Of a DNA stretch of 64,000 nucleotides, positions 8,646-17,637 are shown piece after piece. The stretch's first letter is position 1. Each line of letters opens with the position of its first letter. The DNA comes from Solirubrobacteraceae bacterium (GTDB taxonomy: Bacteria > Actinomycetota > Thermoleophilia > Solirubrobacterales > Solirubrobacteraceae): NCBI GenBank assembly GCA_040398965.1, contig JBBASZ010000008.1, positions 18,087 through 82,086 on the forward strand. The letters run 5' to 3'. The notes below the pieces were generated by a model. It was given only the letters and a program-made list of their open reading frames with translations, was not told the origin of the DNA and did no database searches. A program made the translations under genes and the position numbers.

Positions 8646-9893
8646 GTGACACCGTCGAGCTACGCGGAGGTCGATCGCTGGCTCCTCGGGCTCGAGCTAT
8701 TCGGGATGGACTTCGGCACGGCACGGATGAAGCGGCTCCTGAGCGAGATCGGCGACCCCCAGGAGCGCTTCCGTGCCGTCCACGTGGTGGGGTCGAACGG
8801 AAAGTCGTCGACCACCCGGATGGTCGACACGATCCTTCGTGCCCACGGGCTGCGGTCGGGGGCCTACCTCTCCCCGCACCTGACCTCCTGGACCGAGCGC
8901 GTGCTGGTCTCGGGCGGGCCGGTGGCCGAGACGGCCTTCGTCGAAGCTGCTGTGCAGGTGGCGACGGCGGTCACCGAAGTGGACCGGGAGGAGGCCTTCG
9001 GGCCGGTAACCCAGTTCGAGGCCCTGACGGCGACCGCCTTCCTCGTGCTCGCCTCGGAGGGAGTCGAGGTCGCGGCGATCGAGGCCGGGCTTGGCGGGAG
9101 GCTTGACGCCACCAACGTGATCGGGGCGCCCGTCACGGTCTGCACCTCTGTTGGGCTTGAGCACACGCAGTGGCTGGGGAGGACTGTCGCCGAGATCGCG
9201 GGGGAGAAGCTCGACGTCGTCGCGCCGGGCTCGGTGGCCGTGGTCCCGGCCGACCTCGCCTCCGACGCGATGGGTGTCGCCATCGACATGACGCGGGAGC
9301 GGGGGGCCCGGCTGGTCGTCGCACCGGCGTCGAGCCCGCTGGCGCCGTCCGGGACGCCGCCGTACCTGAGCCATAATCTCGCCCTTGCCCTCGCGGCCTC
9401 CCACGAGGTCCTCGGCGCCATTGACGAGGCAGCTGTCATCGACGCAATCGAGGCAGGGGCGCTGCGGATTCCCGGACGCTTCGAAAGGCTGCCAGGTCGC
9501 CCGCTGACCATCCTCGACGGGGCGCACAACGCCGACGGCGTGGCAGCGCTCGTGGCTGCGCTCGGGGAGGCGTCCACCGGGAGGCCGCTCGTCGCCTGCG
9601 TCGCGGTCCTCGACGACAAGGACCAGGAGGCGATGCTCCGGGTGATCACGGGGGCCGCCGATCGCCTGGTCGTCACCGGCTGCTCCCATCCACGCGCCGT
9701 TACCCCGGCCCGGCTGGCCGAGGTGGCGTCGGCCCTGGGGGCGCAGGCCCGGGAGGTCGAAGAGCCCCACGCGGCCCTCGCCCTCGCCCGGGAGCTGGCC
9801 GGCGACGAGGGGACGGTCGTGGCCACCGGCTCGCTATACCTGATCGCCGACCTCGGGCGCCCGCCCGGCTCCCGCGGAGGATCAACCCTGTGA
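8646..9893 (+). CDS. folC: bifunctional folylpolyglutamate synthase/dihydrofolate synthase
   Basis: ORF track 8508..9893. The 5' part overlaps valS and is unlikely to be coding. GTG 8646 is preceded by GGGAGG at 7 nt; GTG 8631 is an alternative. Mur-ligase P-loop VVGSNGKSST. Confidence 0.85.
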   Translation: MTPSSYAEVDRWLLGLELFGMDFGTARMKRLLSEIGDPQERFRAVHVVGSNGKSSTTRMVDTILRAHGLRSGAYLSPHLTSWTERVLVSGGPVAETAFVEAAVQVATAVTEVDREEAFGPVTQFEALTATAFLVLASEGVEVAAIEAGLGGRLDATNVIGAPVTVCTSVGLEHTQWLGRTVAEIAGEKLDVVAPGSVAVVPADLASDAMGVAIDMTRERGARLVVAPASSPLAPSGTPPYLSHNLALALAASHEVLGAIDEAAVIDAIEAGALRIPGRFERLPGRPLTILDGAHNADGVAALVAALGEASTGRPLVACVAVLDDKDQEAMLRVITGAADRLVVTGCSHPRAVTPARLAEVASALGAQAREVEEPHAALALARELAGDEGTVVATGSLYLIADLGRPPGSRGGSTL

Positions 9894-10006
9894 ACGACAA
9901 CGGCCCATCGGTTCTGACAATGGTCGTGATCGTCGCGGTCAGCGTGGCCGCGGTGATCCTGGTCTTCTTCGGTATCGGCTACGCCTTCGGGCGGCTGTTT
10001 CTCTGA
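9890..10006 (+). CDS. small hydrophobic protein (38 aa, one predicted TM helix)
   Basis: Below the ORF-track size cut-off. GTGA overlap with the folC stop. Translation VNDNGPSVLTMVVIVAVSVAAVILVFFGIGYAFGRLFL, with high GC3 in frame. Alternative ATG at 9920. Confidence 0.4.
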   Translation: MNDNGPSVLTMVVIVAVSVAAVILVFFGIGYAFGRLFL

Positions 10007-10072
10007 TCGGCGTCGCGGGGCAGGTAATCCCGCTGGCCCGGCGAACGGTGCTTTACCCTCACGGGCCGAACG

Positions 10073-10729
10073 ATGCAGACACCCTTGGCGATATTCGGGC
10101 TCAGCGGCACCCTGGACGTGATCGTCCAGCTCGTCGTCCTGGGTGCGATCGTGGTCTGGCTGGCGCTGGTCTGGTACACGTACGCCGACGCCAGGCGGCG
10201 CCTCGAGGACAAGCTCCTCGTGCGTACCGCGACCGTCGCCGCACTCATCTTCCCGCTGATCGGCACCGTCGTCTACGTGATCGTCAGGCCGCCCGAGTAC
10301 CTGGAGGACAGGCTCGAGCGCGAGCTCGAGATGGAGGCTGCCGCTGCACGCCTGGCGTCGGCCGACTTCCGCGCCTGTCCTCACTGCGAGGAGATGGTCG
10401 GCTCCTCCTACCTGCGCTGTCCGTACTGCATGAGCAAGCTCCGTGACCCCTGCGGCTCGTGCGGGCGGCCGCTGGACCCCGACTGGCTCATCTGCCCCTA
10501 CTGCGAGGCCGAGATTCCCGGGGTGACGCCTGGGCCCGAGGAGCAGGCGCGTGAGCGTCGGCGCCTCGAGCGGGAGGCCGAGAGGATGGCGGCAGCCGGC
10601 GAGGGAACCGAGACCACCATCGAGGAATACGATGAGGTCGAATACGAGCCCGAGGGACAGTACGCGGAGGAAGAGGTAGAGATCTTCTCCGAGGAGATCC
10701 CACCGCGGGCCGACGACCAGGACCGCTAA
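10073..10729 (+). CDS. membrane protein with PLDc_N-like two-helix N-terminus, double zinc ribbon and acidic tail
   Basis: ORF track, 218 aa. Two TM helices carry the W...D.RRR ... [14 protein letters not shown] pattern, then CPHC-x10-CPYC-x7-CGSC-x10-CPYC (nt 10376-10504), then a Glu/Asp-rich C-terminus. Confidence 0.7.
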   Translation: MQTPLAIFGLSGTLDVIVQLVVLGAIVVWLALVWYTYADARRRLEDKLLVRTATVAALIFPLIGTVVYVIVRPPEYLEDRLERELEMEAAAARLASADFRACPHCEEMVGSSYLRCPYCMSKLRDPCGSCGRPLDPDWLICPYCEAEIPGVTPGPEEQARERRRLEREAERMAAAGEGTETTIEEYDEVEYEPEGQYAEEEVEIFSEEIPPRADDQDR

Positions 10730-10743
10730 ACGAAGGGCGTGAG

Positions 10744-11151
10744 ATGGAACGGACGCTGATCCTTGTAAAGCCGGATGCCTTTGCTGCAGGCCTCAGTGGC
10801 GAGATCCTCGCCCGCTTCGAGCGCAAGGGGCTGAGTCCCGTCGCGCTGAGGCTGATGACGGTCGACCGCGAGCTTGCCGAGGCCCACTACGCCGAGCACG
10901 AGGGCAAGCCCTTCTTCGAAGAGCTGGTGACCTTCATCACCAGCGGCCCGCTGGTCGCCATGGTGCTCGAGGGTCCGCGCGCCGTGCCGGCGGCACGCCA
11001 GGTGATCGGTGCCACCGACCCCGTCGAGGCCGCGCCGGGCTCTATCCGCGGCGACTTCGCGCTTGAGGTCTCGAGCAACATGGTCCATGGCTCGGACTCC
11101 GACGAGTCGGCCGCCCGTGAAGCGGCGCTCTTCTTCCCTGACCTGGCCTGA
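10744..11151 (+). CDS. ndk: nucleoside-diphosphate kinase
   Basis: ORF track, 135 aa. [12 protein letters not shown] and NMVHGSDS (active-site His). Confidence 0.95.
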   Translation: MERTLILVKPDAFAAGLSGEILARFERKGLSPVALRLMTVDRELAEAHYAEHEGKPFFEELVTFITSGPLVAMVLEGPRAVPAARQVIGATDPVEAAPGSIRGDFALEVSSNMVHGSDSDESAAREAALFFPDLA

Positions 11152-11194
11152 GCCCGCAGCGGATCCCCTCCAGTGGGGTCCGTCCCTCCGGCTT

Positions 11195-11779
11195 GTGCTG
11201 GCATCGGCCTCGCCCCAGAGGCGCGAGATCCTCACCGCAGCCGAGGTCCCGTTCGAGGTCGCCGCGACCGGGGTCGACGAGGTGGTCGAAGGCGATCCCG
11301 CCTGGGTCGCAATCGAGAACGCGCGCCGGAAGGCGCGGGCGGGGCGCCTGCGCCATCCCGCCCCGGAGACGGTCGTCCTTGCGGCGGACACCGTCGTCGC
11401 CCTCGATGGCAAGATCCTCGACAAGCCCACCGACGCCGGCCGGGCGCGAGATTCGGTCGGGGCCCTGGCGGGGCGGACCCACGAGGTTTTCGGCGGGATC
11501 GTCATCGCCGGCCCGGGTGACGAGTGGCGCGAGGCCTCGACTGCCAGCCGGGTTACGTTTCGCGCGTTGGCTCCCCGGGAGGTTGACGAGTACGTCGCCA
11601 CGGGGGAGTGGGACGGGCGTGCCGGGGGCTACGCGATCCAGCTCTCCGGGTCGGGCCTGGTTGATTCGCTCGAGGGCGACCGGGAGAACGTCATCGGGTT
11701 GTCGATGGCAGCTCTCGCCGGTCTGGTGCAAGGACTCGTGCCATCCGGCGGGAGAGCAGGCGACCGCTACAATCCCTAG
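11195..11779 (+). CDS. maf: Maf-like nucleoside triphosphate pyrophosphatase
   Basis: ORF track 11009..11779, whose 5' part overlaps ndk. Conserved N-terminus LASASPQRREIL begins just after GTG 11195. The start is approximate. Confidence 0.8.
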   Translation: MLASASPQRREILTAAEVPFEVAATGVDEVVEGDPAWVAIENARRKARAGRLRHPAPETVVLAADTVVALDGKILDKPTDAGRARDSVGALAGRTHEVFGGIVIAGPGDEWREASTASRVTFRALAPREVDEYVATGEWDGRAGGYAIQLSGSGLVDSLEGDRENVIGLSMAALAGLVQGLVPSGGRAGDRYNP

Positions 11780-11798
11780 GGACTCGGCCCTCCTTTTT

Positions 11799-11819
11799 CC
11801 CCGGAAATTCGGGGTTTTT
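11799..11819 (+). terminator. canonical intrinsic terminator hairpin (CCCCG-GAAATT-CGGGG followed by TTTTT)
   Basis: Read directly: cctcc TTTTT CCCCG GAAATT CGGGG TTTTT gcggg, 20 nt after the maf stop and 23 nt before the mreB ATG. It is flanked by T5 on both sides, so it could act in both directions. This is the only textbook terminator I saw in the window. Confidence 0.6.
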
Positions 11820-11842
11820 GCGGGCCGCTGTCCTCCACAGAA

Positions 11843-12886
11843 ATGGGCGTATTCAGCTATCTCACCGGGATGGGCGGCCGCGATATGGCGGTCGACCTTG
11901 GAACCGCCAACACGCTGGTCTACGTCCGCGGCCGGGGGATCGTCCTCTCCGAGCCGAGCGTGGTGGCGATCGACGCCCGCAGTGGCGAGGTGCATGCCGT
12001 GGGCGTGGAGGCCAAGCGGATGCTCGGGCGCACGCCGGGAACGATCCAGGCCATCCGCCCGCTGAAGGACGGCGTGATCGCCGACTTCGACGTGACCGAG
12101 GAGATGCTCAGGCACTTCATCCAGAAGGTCCACCAGAGCCGCTTCGCCCACCCACGCGTCGTCGTCTGCGTTCCCTCCGGCGTTACCGGCGTTGAGAAGC
12201 GCGCCGTGGAGGAAGCCTGCCTGTCGGCCGGTGCCCGCCAGGCATACCTGATCGAGGAGCCGATGGCAGCGGCGATCGGCTCGGGGCTGCCGATCGGCGA
12301 GCCGACCGGGTCGATGATCGTCGACATCGGCGGCGGGACGAGCGAGGTCGCCGTCATCTCCCTCGGCGGGATCGTCGTGGCGAAGTCGATCCGCATTGGC
12401 GGCGACGAGCTCGACGAGGCGATCATCAACTACGCCAAGCGCGAGTACAAGCTGCTTATCGGCCAGCAGACCGCCGAGGAGCTGAAGCTCGAGATCGGCT
12501 CCGCTCACGAGATGCGCGAGGAGGTTCAGGCAGAGATCCGCGGCAGGGACCTTGTCAGCGGCCTCCCGAAGACCGTGGTCCTTACCAGCGAGGAGATACG
12601 GGCGGCGCTCGAAGAGCCGATGAGCCAGATAATCGGGGCCATCAAGGAGACCCTGGACAGCACCCCGCCGGAGCTGGCCTCCGACATCATGGATCGCGGG
12701 ATCATGCTCGCCGGCGGCGGATCCCTGCTTCACGGCCTTGCCGACCGGCTGCGGGAGGAGACTCAGATGCCGGTTCATCTTGCCGAGTCTCCGCTCACCT
12801 GCGTTGCGGTCGGTTCGGGCCGCTCGCTGGAGGAATTTGAAGTGATTCACAGGACCAACCGAGGAGCGAGGAAGCGCCGCCGCTGA
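11843..12886 (+). CDS. mreB: rod shape-determining protein MreB
   Basis: ORF track, 347 aa. Contains [13 protein letters not shown] and other actin-fold phosphate motifs. Alternative start ATG 11870. Confidence 0.95.
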   Translation: MGVFSYLTGMGGRDMAVDLGTANTLVYVRGRGIVLSEPSVVAIDARSGEVHAVGVEAKRMLGRTPGTIQAIRPLKDGVIADFDVTEEMLRHFIQKVHQSRFAHPRVVVCVPSGVTGVEKRAVEEACLSAGARQAYLIEEPMAAAIGSGLPIGEPTGSMIVDIGGGTSEVAVISLGGIVVAKSIRIGGDELDEAIINYAKREYKLLIGQQTAEELKLEIGSAHEMREEVQAEIRGRDLVSGLPKTVVLTSEEIRAALEEPMSQIIGAIKETLDSTPPELASDIMDRGIMLAGGGSLLHGLADRLREETQMPVHLAESPLTCVAVGSGRSLEEFEVIHRTNRGARKRRR

Positions 12887-12929
12887 CGCGCGCCACCGCT
12901 GCCATGGTCCGTCGACCCCCTTACCCCAG

Positions 12930-13802
12930 ATGTACGACCGCACCGTACGGCGCCGACGGATAACGCTCGGCCTGCTCGTGGCCGCGGCGCTGCTCCTCCT
13001 CACGGTCTACTTCGGTGAGGGGACCGGCGGCGGGCTGCACTCGGTCCAGCGCGGCGCGCTCGAGGTGCTCGCCCCCATCCAGGAAGGCGCCTCGCGCGTC
13101 CTGAAGCCCGCACGGGACCTCGTCGGCTGGGCCGGGGACACGATCAGCGCCAAGGGCCGCCTGGAGGACCTGGAGGCCTCCAACGCCGCATTGAGGCGCC
13201 AGGCCCTGGCCGGCAGCGAGGCGCGGCGGCAGAACGCCCAGTACGAGAAGCTGCTGGCGCTAGACCGCAGGCTCGGCCTGGCGGCCGCCGCTCCCGTCAG
13301 CGCCCGGGTGATAGCCCAGTCGCCAACCGCATGGTTCTCCACGATCACCATCGACCAGGGGAGCTCCCGCGGGATTGCCGTCGGAGCGCCCGTTATCACC
13401 GGTGACGGCCTCGTCGGGCAGGTCACGACGGTCACCGGCGGGGCAGCCGTGGTCACGCTGATCACCGACAGCGCCATCGCCGTTCCGGCGCGGGTGAGCG
13501 CGACCGGCGCCCCCGGCGTCGTCCAGCCTGGGGCAGGTGGGCCCGGCGACCTGCGGCTGAAGTACGTCGCCCGCCGTTTCCGTGTCGAGCGTGACGCGGC
13601 CATCGTGACCTCCGGGACGATCTCGCAGGCCGAGCGTCTCCAGTCGCGCTACCCGCCGGGGATTCCCGTCGGCTACGTGACGCGCGTCGAGGACCCGGGG
13701 ACCGACAACCAGAAGATCTTCCTGCGCCCCTACGCCGACCTCCAGCGGCTCGAGACCGTCCAGGTCCTGACCCGCCCGATCAACGGGAACCGCGGCTCAT
13801 GA
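12930..13802 (+). CDS. mreC: rod shape-determining protein MreC
   Basis: ORF track, 290 aa. N-terminal TM helix, coiled-coil segment, beta-rich C-terminal domain. Position between mreB and mreD. Confidence 0.85.
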   Translation: MYDRTVRRRRITLGLLVAAALLLLTVYFGEGTGGGLHSVQRGALEVLAPIQEGASRVLKPARDLVGWAGDTISAKGRLEDLEASNAALRRQALAGSEARRQNAQYEKLLALDRRLGLAAAAPVSARVIAQSPTAWFSTITIDQGSSRGIAVGAPVITGDGLVGQVTTVTGGAAVVTLITDSAIAVPARVSATGAPGVVQPGAGGPGDLRLKYVARRFRVERDAAIVTSGTISQAERLQSRYPPGIPVGYVTRVEDPGTDNQKIFLRPYADLQRLETVQVLTRPINGNRGS

Positions 13803-14368
13803 GCAGCCGGGGCAAGTCGCTGGCCTGGCGCCTGGTGCTCCTCGGGGCGCTCACCGTGATCATCCAGATCGCCGCGGTCTCGCAGCTGACCATCTTCGGG
13901 GCCCGCGCCGACCTGACGCCGCTCGTCGTGGCCGCCGTGGCCCTGCTCTGCGGCTCGGTCGCCGCTGCGGGGTTCGGGTTCGGGATCGGCCTCTTCTCGA
14001 ACCTTGCCCTCGTGCAGACGGTCGGCCTGTCGTCGCTGCTGCTGCTGGGCATCGGCTACGCGATCGGCCGCTTCCGCGAGCTGCGCGATCCACAGGGAGC
14101 GCTGGTCCCGGTGATTGCGGGCGTGGTGGCCACGGCGGCCGACCGGATCGGCTTCTCGGTGATGGAGTTCCTGCTCGGTACCCCGGTCCCCCTCGGCTGG
14201 ACCCTCGTCCTCGAGGTGCTCGGCACCGTCGCCGTGAACGCGATTCTCGCCCTGCCGGTCTACGCGCTGGTCCGCGCGCTGGTGCTTCCCGTCCTCCCCG
14301 AAGACCCGCGCCGCCGACGCCGCCGGGCCTACACGACCGGGGGTCTGTCGCCCCTCTCGCGCTCATGA
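13799..14368 (+). CDS. mreD: rod shape-determining protein MreD
   Basis: ORF track, 189 aa, polytopic membrane protein. ATGA overlap with mreC. Called mainly from position in the mre cluster. Confidence 0.75.
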   Translation: MSSRGKSLAWRLVLLGALTVIIQIAAVSQLTIFGARADLTPLVVAAVALLCGSVAAAGFGFGIGLFSNLALVQTVGLSSLLLLGIGYAIGRFRELRDPQGALVPVIAGVVATAADRIGFSVMEFLLGTPVPLGWTLVLEVLGTVAVNAILALPVYALVRALVLPVLPEDPRRRRRRAYTTGGLSPLSRS

Positions 14369-16419
14369 TGGAAGCCGGCGACAGCTCCCTCCTGCGCCCG
14401 TCCGGCGGTCCGCCCGTCGCTCCCCAGATGGCGCGCCGCGTGGCGATCCTCGGAGCGGTCGCCCTTGCCCTGTTTGCCGTGATCTTCCTGCGGCTCTGGT
14501 TCCTCCAGGTCCTGACCGGCGACCAGTCCCGCCGCGAGGCGCTCGATAACCGCGTCCGCTCGCTTCCGGTTGCGGCGCCGCGCGGCTCGATACTCGACCG
14601 CAACGGGACCCCGATCGTCGAGAACCGGGTCGCGACGGTCCTGACTCTCGACCCCAAGCAGCTCCCGGCGAAGTCCCGGGAGGACGCCAACGCATGGGGC
14701 CAGGCCGTGACCGCCTGGCTGGAGAAGCCCAGGAAGGAGCGAGGGGCCGCCCCGAAGGTGCCGCCGCCCGCCACGCCCGAGGTGGCCGAACGCTACCGGC
14801 GGCTGGCCTCTGTCCTGGGAATCACCGCGGCCTCGGTCAACGAGCGGGTCGTCCGCCAGCTTGCCCAGCTTCCGTACGCCAACATCAGGGTCAAGGTCGA
14901 CGTCCCGTCCTCGGTGCGCAACTACCTGCTGGAGCGCCAGTCCGAGTTCCCGGGCGTCAGCGTCGACCAGGCCTACATCCGTCGCTACCCCGGCGGGGTC
15001 GGGGCCGCCCAGGCCGTCGGGGCGGTGGGCGAGGTTTCGCCCGACCAGGTTGGCTCCGACGAGTTCCGGGGCGTCCTTTCCGGCGGGGTTGTGGGCCAGG
15101 AGGGGATAGAGCGCGCCTACGACCGCTACCTGCGGGGAGCGGACGGCACCCGGAGCGTGACCGTCGACGCCGCCGGACGCCTCAAGGGCCAGAGAGTGGC
15201 CCGCGAGGTAAGGCCGGGGAACTCGCTGCGCACCACCATCGACGCCGGGCTCCAGAAGCGCGGTGAGCAGGCTCTCGCCGGCGCCCTGGGCGGGGCCGGC
15301 ACCGCGGGCGCCTTCGTGGCCCTGGACCCGCGCGACGGAAAGGTGCTTGCGATCGGCTCGGCGCCGACCTTCGATCCCGCCGAGCGGGCGAAGCCGATCG
15401 CCACCCAGGCCGAATACGAGCGCCGGTTCGGCGAGGCGGCCGGCGCACCGCTCTTCAACCGGGCTATCGGGGGCAGCTACCCGGTCGGCTCGGTCTTCAA
15501 GCCCGTCACCGCGCTGGCCGCGCTAGACGCAGGCCTTGCCACACCCGACACCCCGGTCAGCGACCCGGGCTTCCTGAAGGTGGGGGAGCAGACCTTCACC
15601 AACGCCGGTCGCCAGCCCAACGGGACCGTTTCGCTGCGCCGTGCCCTCCAGGTCTCCTCCGACGTCTACTTCTACGTGCTCGGGCGGGACGCGAACCCTG
15701 TCGAGGGCCAGGTCATCCAGTCCTGGGCCCGGAAGCTGGGATTCGACCGGGCGACCGGTATCGATCTCCCCGGCGAGGCGCCGGGAACGATTCCCGACCG
15801 TGCCTGGAGGGCCCGCCAGAACCAGAGGCAGATCGACTGGGAGAAGAAGAACGGCAAGAGCTGCCCGCCCGACTGCCTCTATTCCGACAAGAGACCCTGG
15901 TCGGTCGGCGACAACATCCAGCTCTCCGTGGGACAGGGTGACGTCCAGGCATCCCCGCTCCAGGTTGCGGTTGCCTACTCGGCGCTGGCCAACGGCGGCT
16001 CGGTGGTGAGGCCGCACCTCGGTGCCGCGGTGGAGACGGTTACGGGGAGGCAGGTCGAGTCGATCGAGGCGCCGCCCTCCCGGAAGGTGAAGATGGATGC
16101 CACGGCGCGCCAGGCGATTCTCGACGGGCTCCACCTCTCCACCGTCGATGACGGCACCTCGGCCGACGTCTTCAGCGACTGGGACCAGGACCGCTTCAAG
16201 CTCTACGGGAAGACCGGCACCGCCGAACGGCCGCCGAGGCCCGACCAGTCGTGGTACGCCGCGTTCGTAAACGACCCGGCGCGACCGATCGTCGTCGTGG
16301 CCACGGTCGAGGACGGGGGCTTCGGCGCCGAAAGCGCGGCCCCGGTGGCCTGCTCGATGCTGGCGAAGTGGTATCGCCAGGATGCCTCCTGCGCTCCCGG
16401 GGGATCGAGGACGAGATGA
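14365..16419 (+). CDS. mrdA: penicillin-binding protein 2 (elongasome transpeptidase)
   Basis: ORF track, 684 aa. N-terminal TM anchor, SxxK (GSVFKP), KTGTA box. ATGA overlap with mreD. Confidence 0.9.
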   Translation: MMEAGDSSLLRPSGGPPVAPQMARRVAILGAVALALFAVIFLRLWFLQVLTGDQSRREALDNRVRSLPVAAPRGSILDRNGTPIVENRVATVLTLDPKQLPAKSREDANAWGQAVTAWLEKPRKERGAAPKVPPPATPEVAERYRRLASVLGITAASVNERVVRQLAQLPYANIRVKVDVPSSVRNYLLERQSEFPGVSVDQAYIRRYPGGVGAAQAVGAVGEVSPDQVGSDEFRGVLSGGVVGQEGIERAYDRYLRGADGTRSVTVDAAGRLKGQRVAREVRPGNSLRTTIDAGLQKRGEQALAGALGGAGTAGAFVALDPRDGKVLAIGSAPTFDPAERAKPIATQAEYERRFGEAAGAPLFNRAIGGSYPVGSVFKPVTALAALDAGLATPDTPVSDPGFLKVGEQTFTNAGRQPNGTVSLRRALQVSSDVYFYVLGRDANPVEGQVIQSWARKLGFDRATGIDLPGEAPGTIPDRAWRARQNQRQIDWEKKNGKSCPPDCLYSDKRPWSVGDNIQLSVGQGDVQASPLQVAVAYSALANGGSVVRPHLGAAVETVTGRQVESIEAPPSRKVKMDATARQAILDGLHLSTVDDGTSADVFSDWDQDRFKLYGKTGTAERPPRPDQSWYAAFVNDPARPIVVVATVEDGGFGAESAAPVACSMLAKWYRQDASCAPGGSRTR

Positions 16420-17624
16420 GTACGCCTGTCCTCTCCCCGGGAGCCGGCGCTCCCCGCCGCGAAGGCACCGCCGGCCGGGTCGGCTCGCTGGCGCTGCCGT
16501 TCGACCCGCTGCTTGCCGTTGCCGTCGTGGGTCTCGCCGTCGTCTCCCTCGTGGCCATCGCTGGCTCGACCGCCGAGGACATCCCCGGCTCGCCCGACTA
16601 CTTCTTCACCCGCCAGCTCATCTACTTCCTGGCGGGCGGCCTGGTGGCGCTCCTCTTCTGGCGGATCGACTACTCGAGGCTCAGGGAGATCAAGGTCCTC
16701 TGTTACGGCCTGATGATCGCCCTGATCCTCCTGGTCTTCGCCCTCGGTTCCGTGTCCCGCGGCTCGCGCCGCGCCATCGACCTTCCCTTCTTCTCCTTCC
16801 AGGCCTCCGAGCTCGGGAAGATCCTGCTCATCGTCTCGCTGTCGGCCTTTGCGGTCGACATGACCAGGCGGGCGGCGGATCGCCGGGTTACGGCACGCCT
16901 GCTGCTTCTGGGGCTCGCCCCGGCGGCGCTGGTGATGCTGCAGCCCGACCTTGGCTCGGCCCTGGTCTACGTCGCCATAACGCTGACGATCCTCATGATC
17001 GTCGGGGTTCCCTGGCAGCACTTCGCGGCGCTGGGGGCGCTGGCGGCAGTCGCCGTCGCCCTTTCCCTGCTGGTGCTGCCGGCGGCCGGCGTCAATGTGC
17101 TGCACGACTACCAGAAGGAACGGCTCACGTCGTTCCTTAACCCGTCCGATGTCACCGGCACGGAGGGCTACCAGCAGAACCAGTCGCGAATCGCCATCGG
17201 ATCCGGGGAGAAGACCGGCCGCGGCGACCAGGCGACACAGACGAGGTACGACTTCCTCCCCGAGCACCACACCGATTTCATCTTCGCCGTAGTCGGCGAG
17301 CGGTGGGGGTTCGCGGGGGCGGCGCTCGTCCTGTCGCTCTATGCGCTGCTCATATGGAGGGGACTGCGAATACTTACGCTGTCAAAGAACCTCTACGGCG
17401 CCCTCGTAGCAGGGGGAATTGTCGGGATGTTCCTCTTCCAGGTTGTCGTGAACACCGGGATGACGGTCGGCATCATGCCGATCACCGGGATCACGCTTCC
17501 GCTCATGAGCTATGGCGGCTCGTCGCTCATCGCTTCGATGATCGCCGTGGGCCTGCTGCAGTCGATCTACGCCCGGGGCCGCCAGGCCGCCGCCGGCAAG
17601 GGACGGGTGTCCCCACTCCAATGA
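16416..17624 (+). CDS. rodA: SEDS-family peptidoglycan polymerase RodA
   Basis: ORF track 16251..17624. ATG 16416 forms an ATGA overlap with the mrdA stop. Polytopic, with the FtsW/RodA signature GYQQNQSRIAIGSGEKTGRG. Confidence 0.9.
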   Translation: MSTPVLSPGAGAPRREGTAGRVGSLALPFDPLLAVAVVGLAVVSLVAIAGSTAEDIPGSPDYFFTRQLIYFLAGGLVALLFWRIDYSRLREIKVLCYGLMIALILLVFALGSVSRGSRRAIDLPFFSFQASELGKILLIVSLSAFAVDMTRRAADRRVTARLLLLGLAPAALVMLQPDLGSALVYVAITLTILMIVGVPWQHFAALGALAAVAVALSLLVLPAAGVNVLHDYQKERLTSFLNPSDVTGTEGYQQNQSRIAIGSGEKTGRGDQATQTRYDFLPEHHTDFIFAVVGERWGFAGAALVLSLYALLIWRGLRILTLSKNLYGALVAGGIVGMFLFQVVVNTGMTVGIMPITGITLPLMSYGGSSLIASMIAVGLLQSIYARGRQAAAGKGRVSPLQ

Positions 17625-17637
17625 AAAGAGAGAAATC

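Noticed and set aside
11042-13003. A 653-aa minus-strand ORF across maf and mreB. Similar long antisense ORFs occur at 25598..27157 (leuS), 29068..30936 (comEC), 8864..10384 (folC), 60282..61709 (rpsA), 50565..51980 (htrA), 51974..53314 (trpB) and 62433..63821 (uvrB).
   Set aside because: Same reasoning. Each mirrors a confidently identified sense gene, shows biased R/P/G/A composition, and has no recognisable domain or sensible start context.
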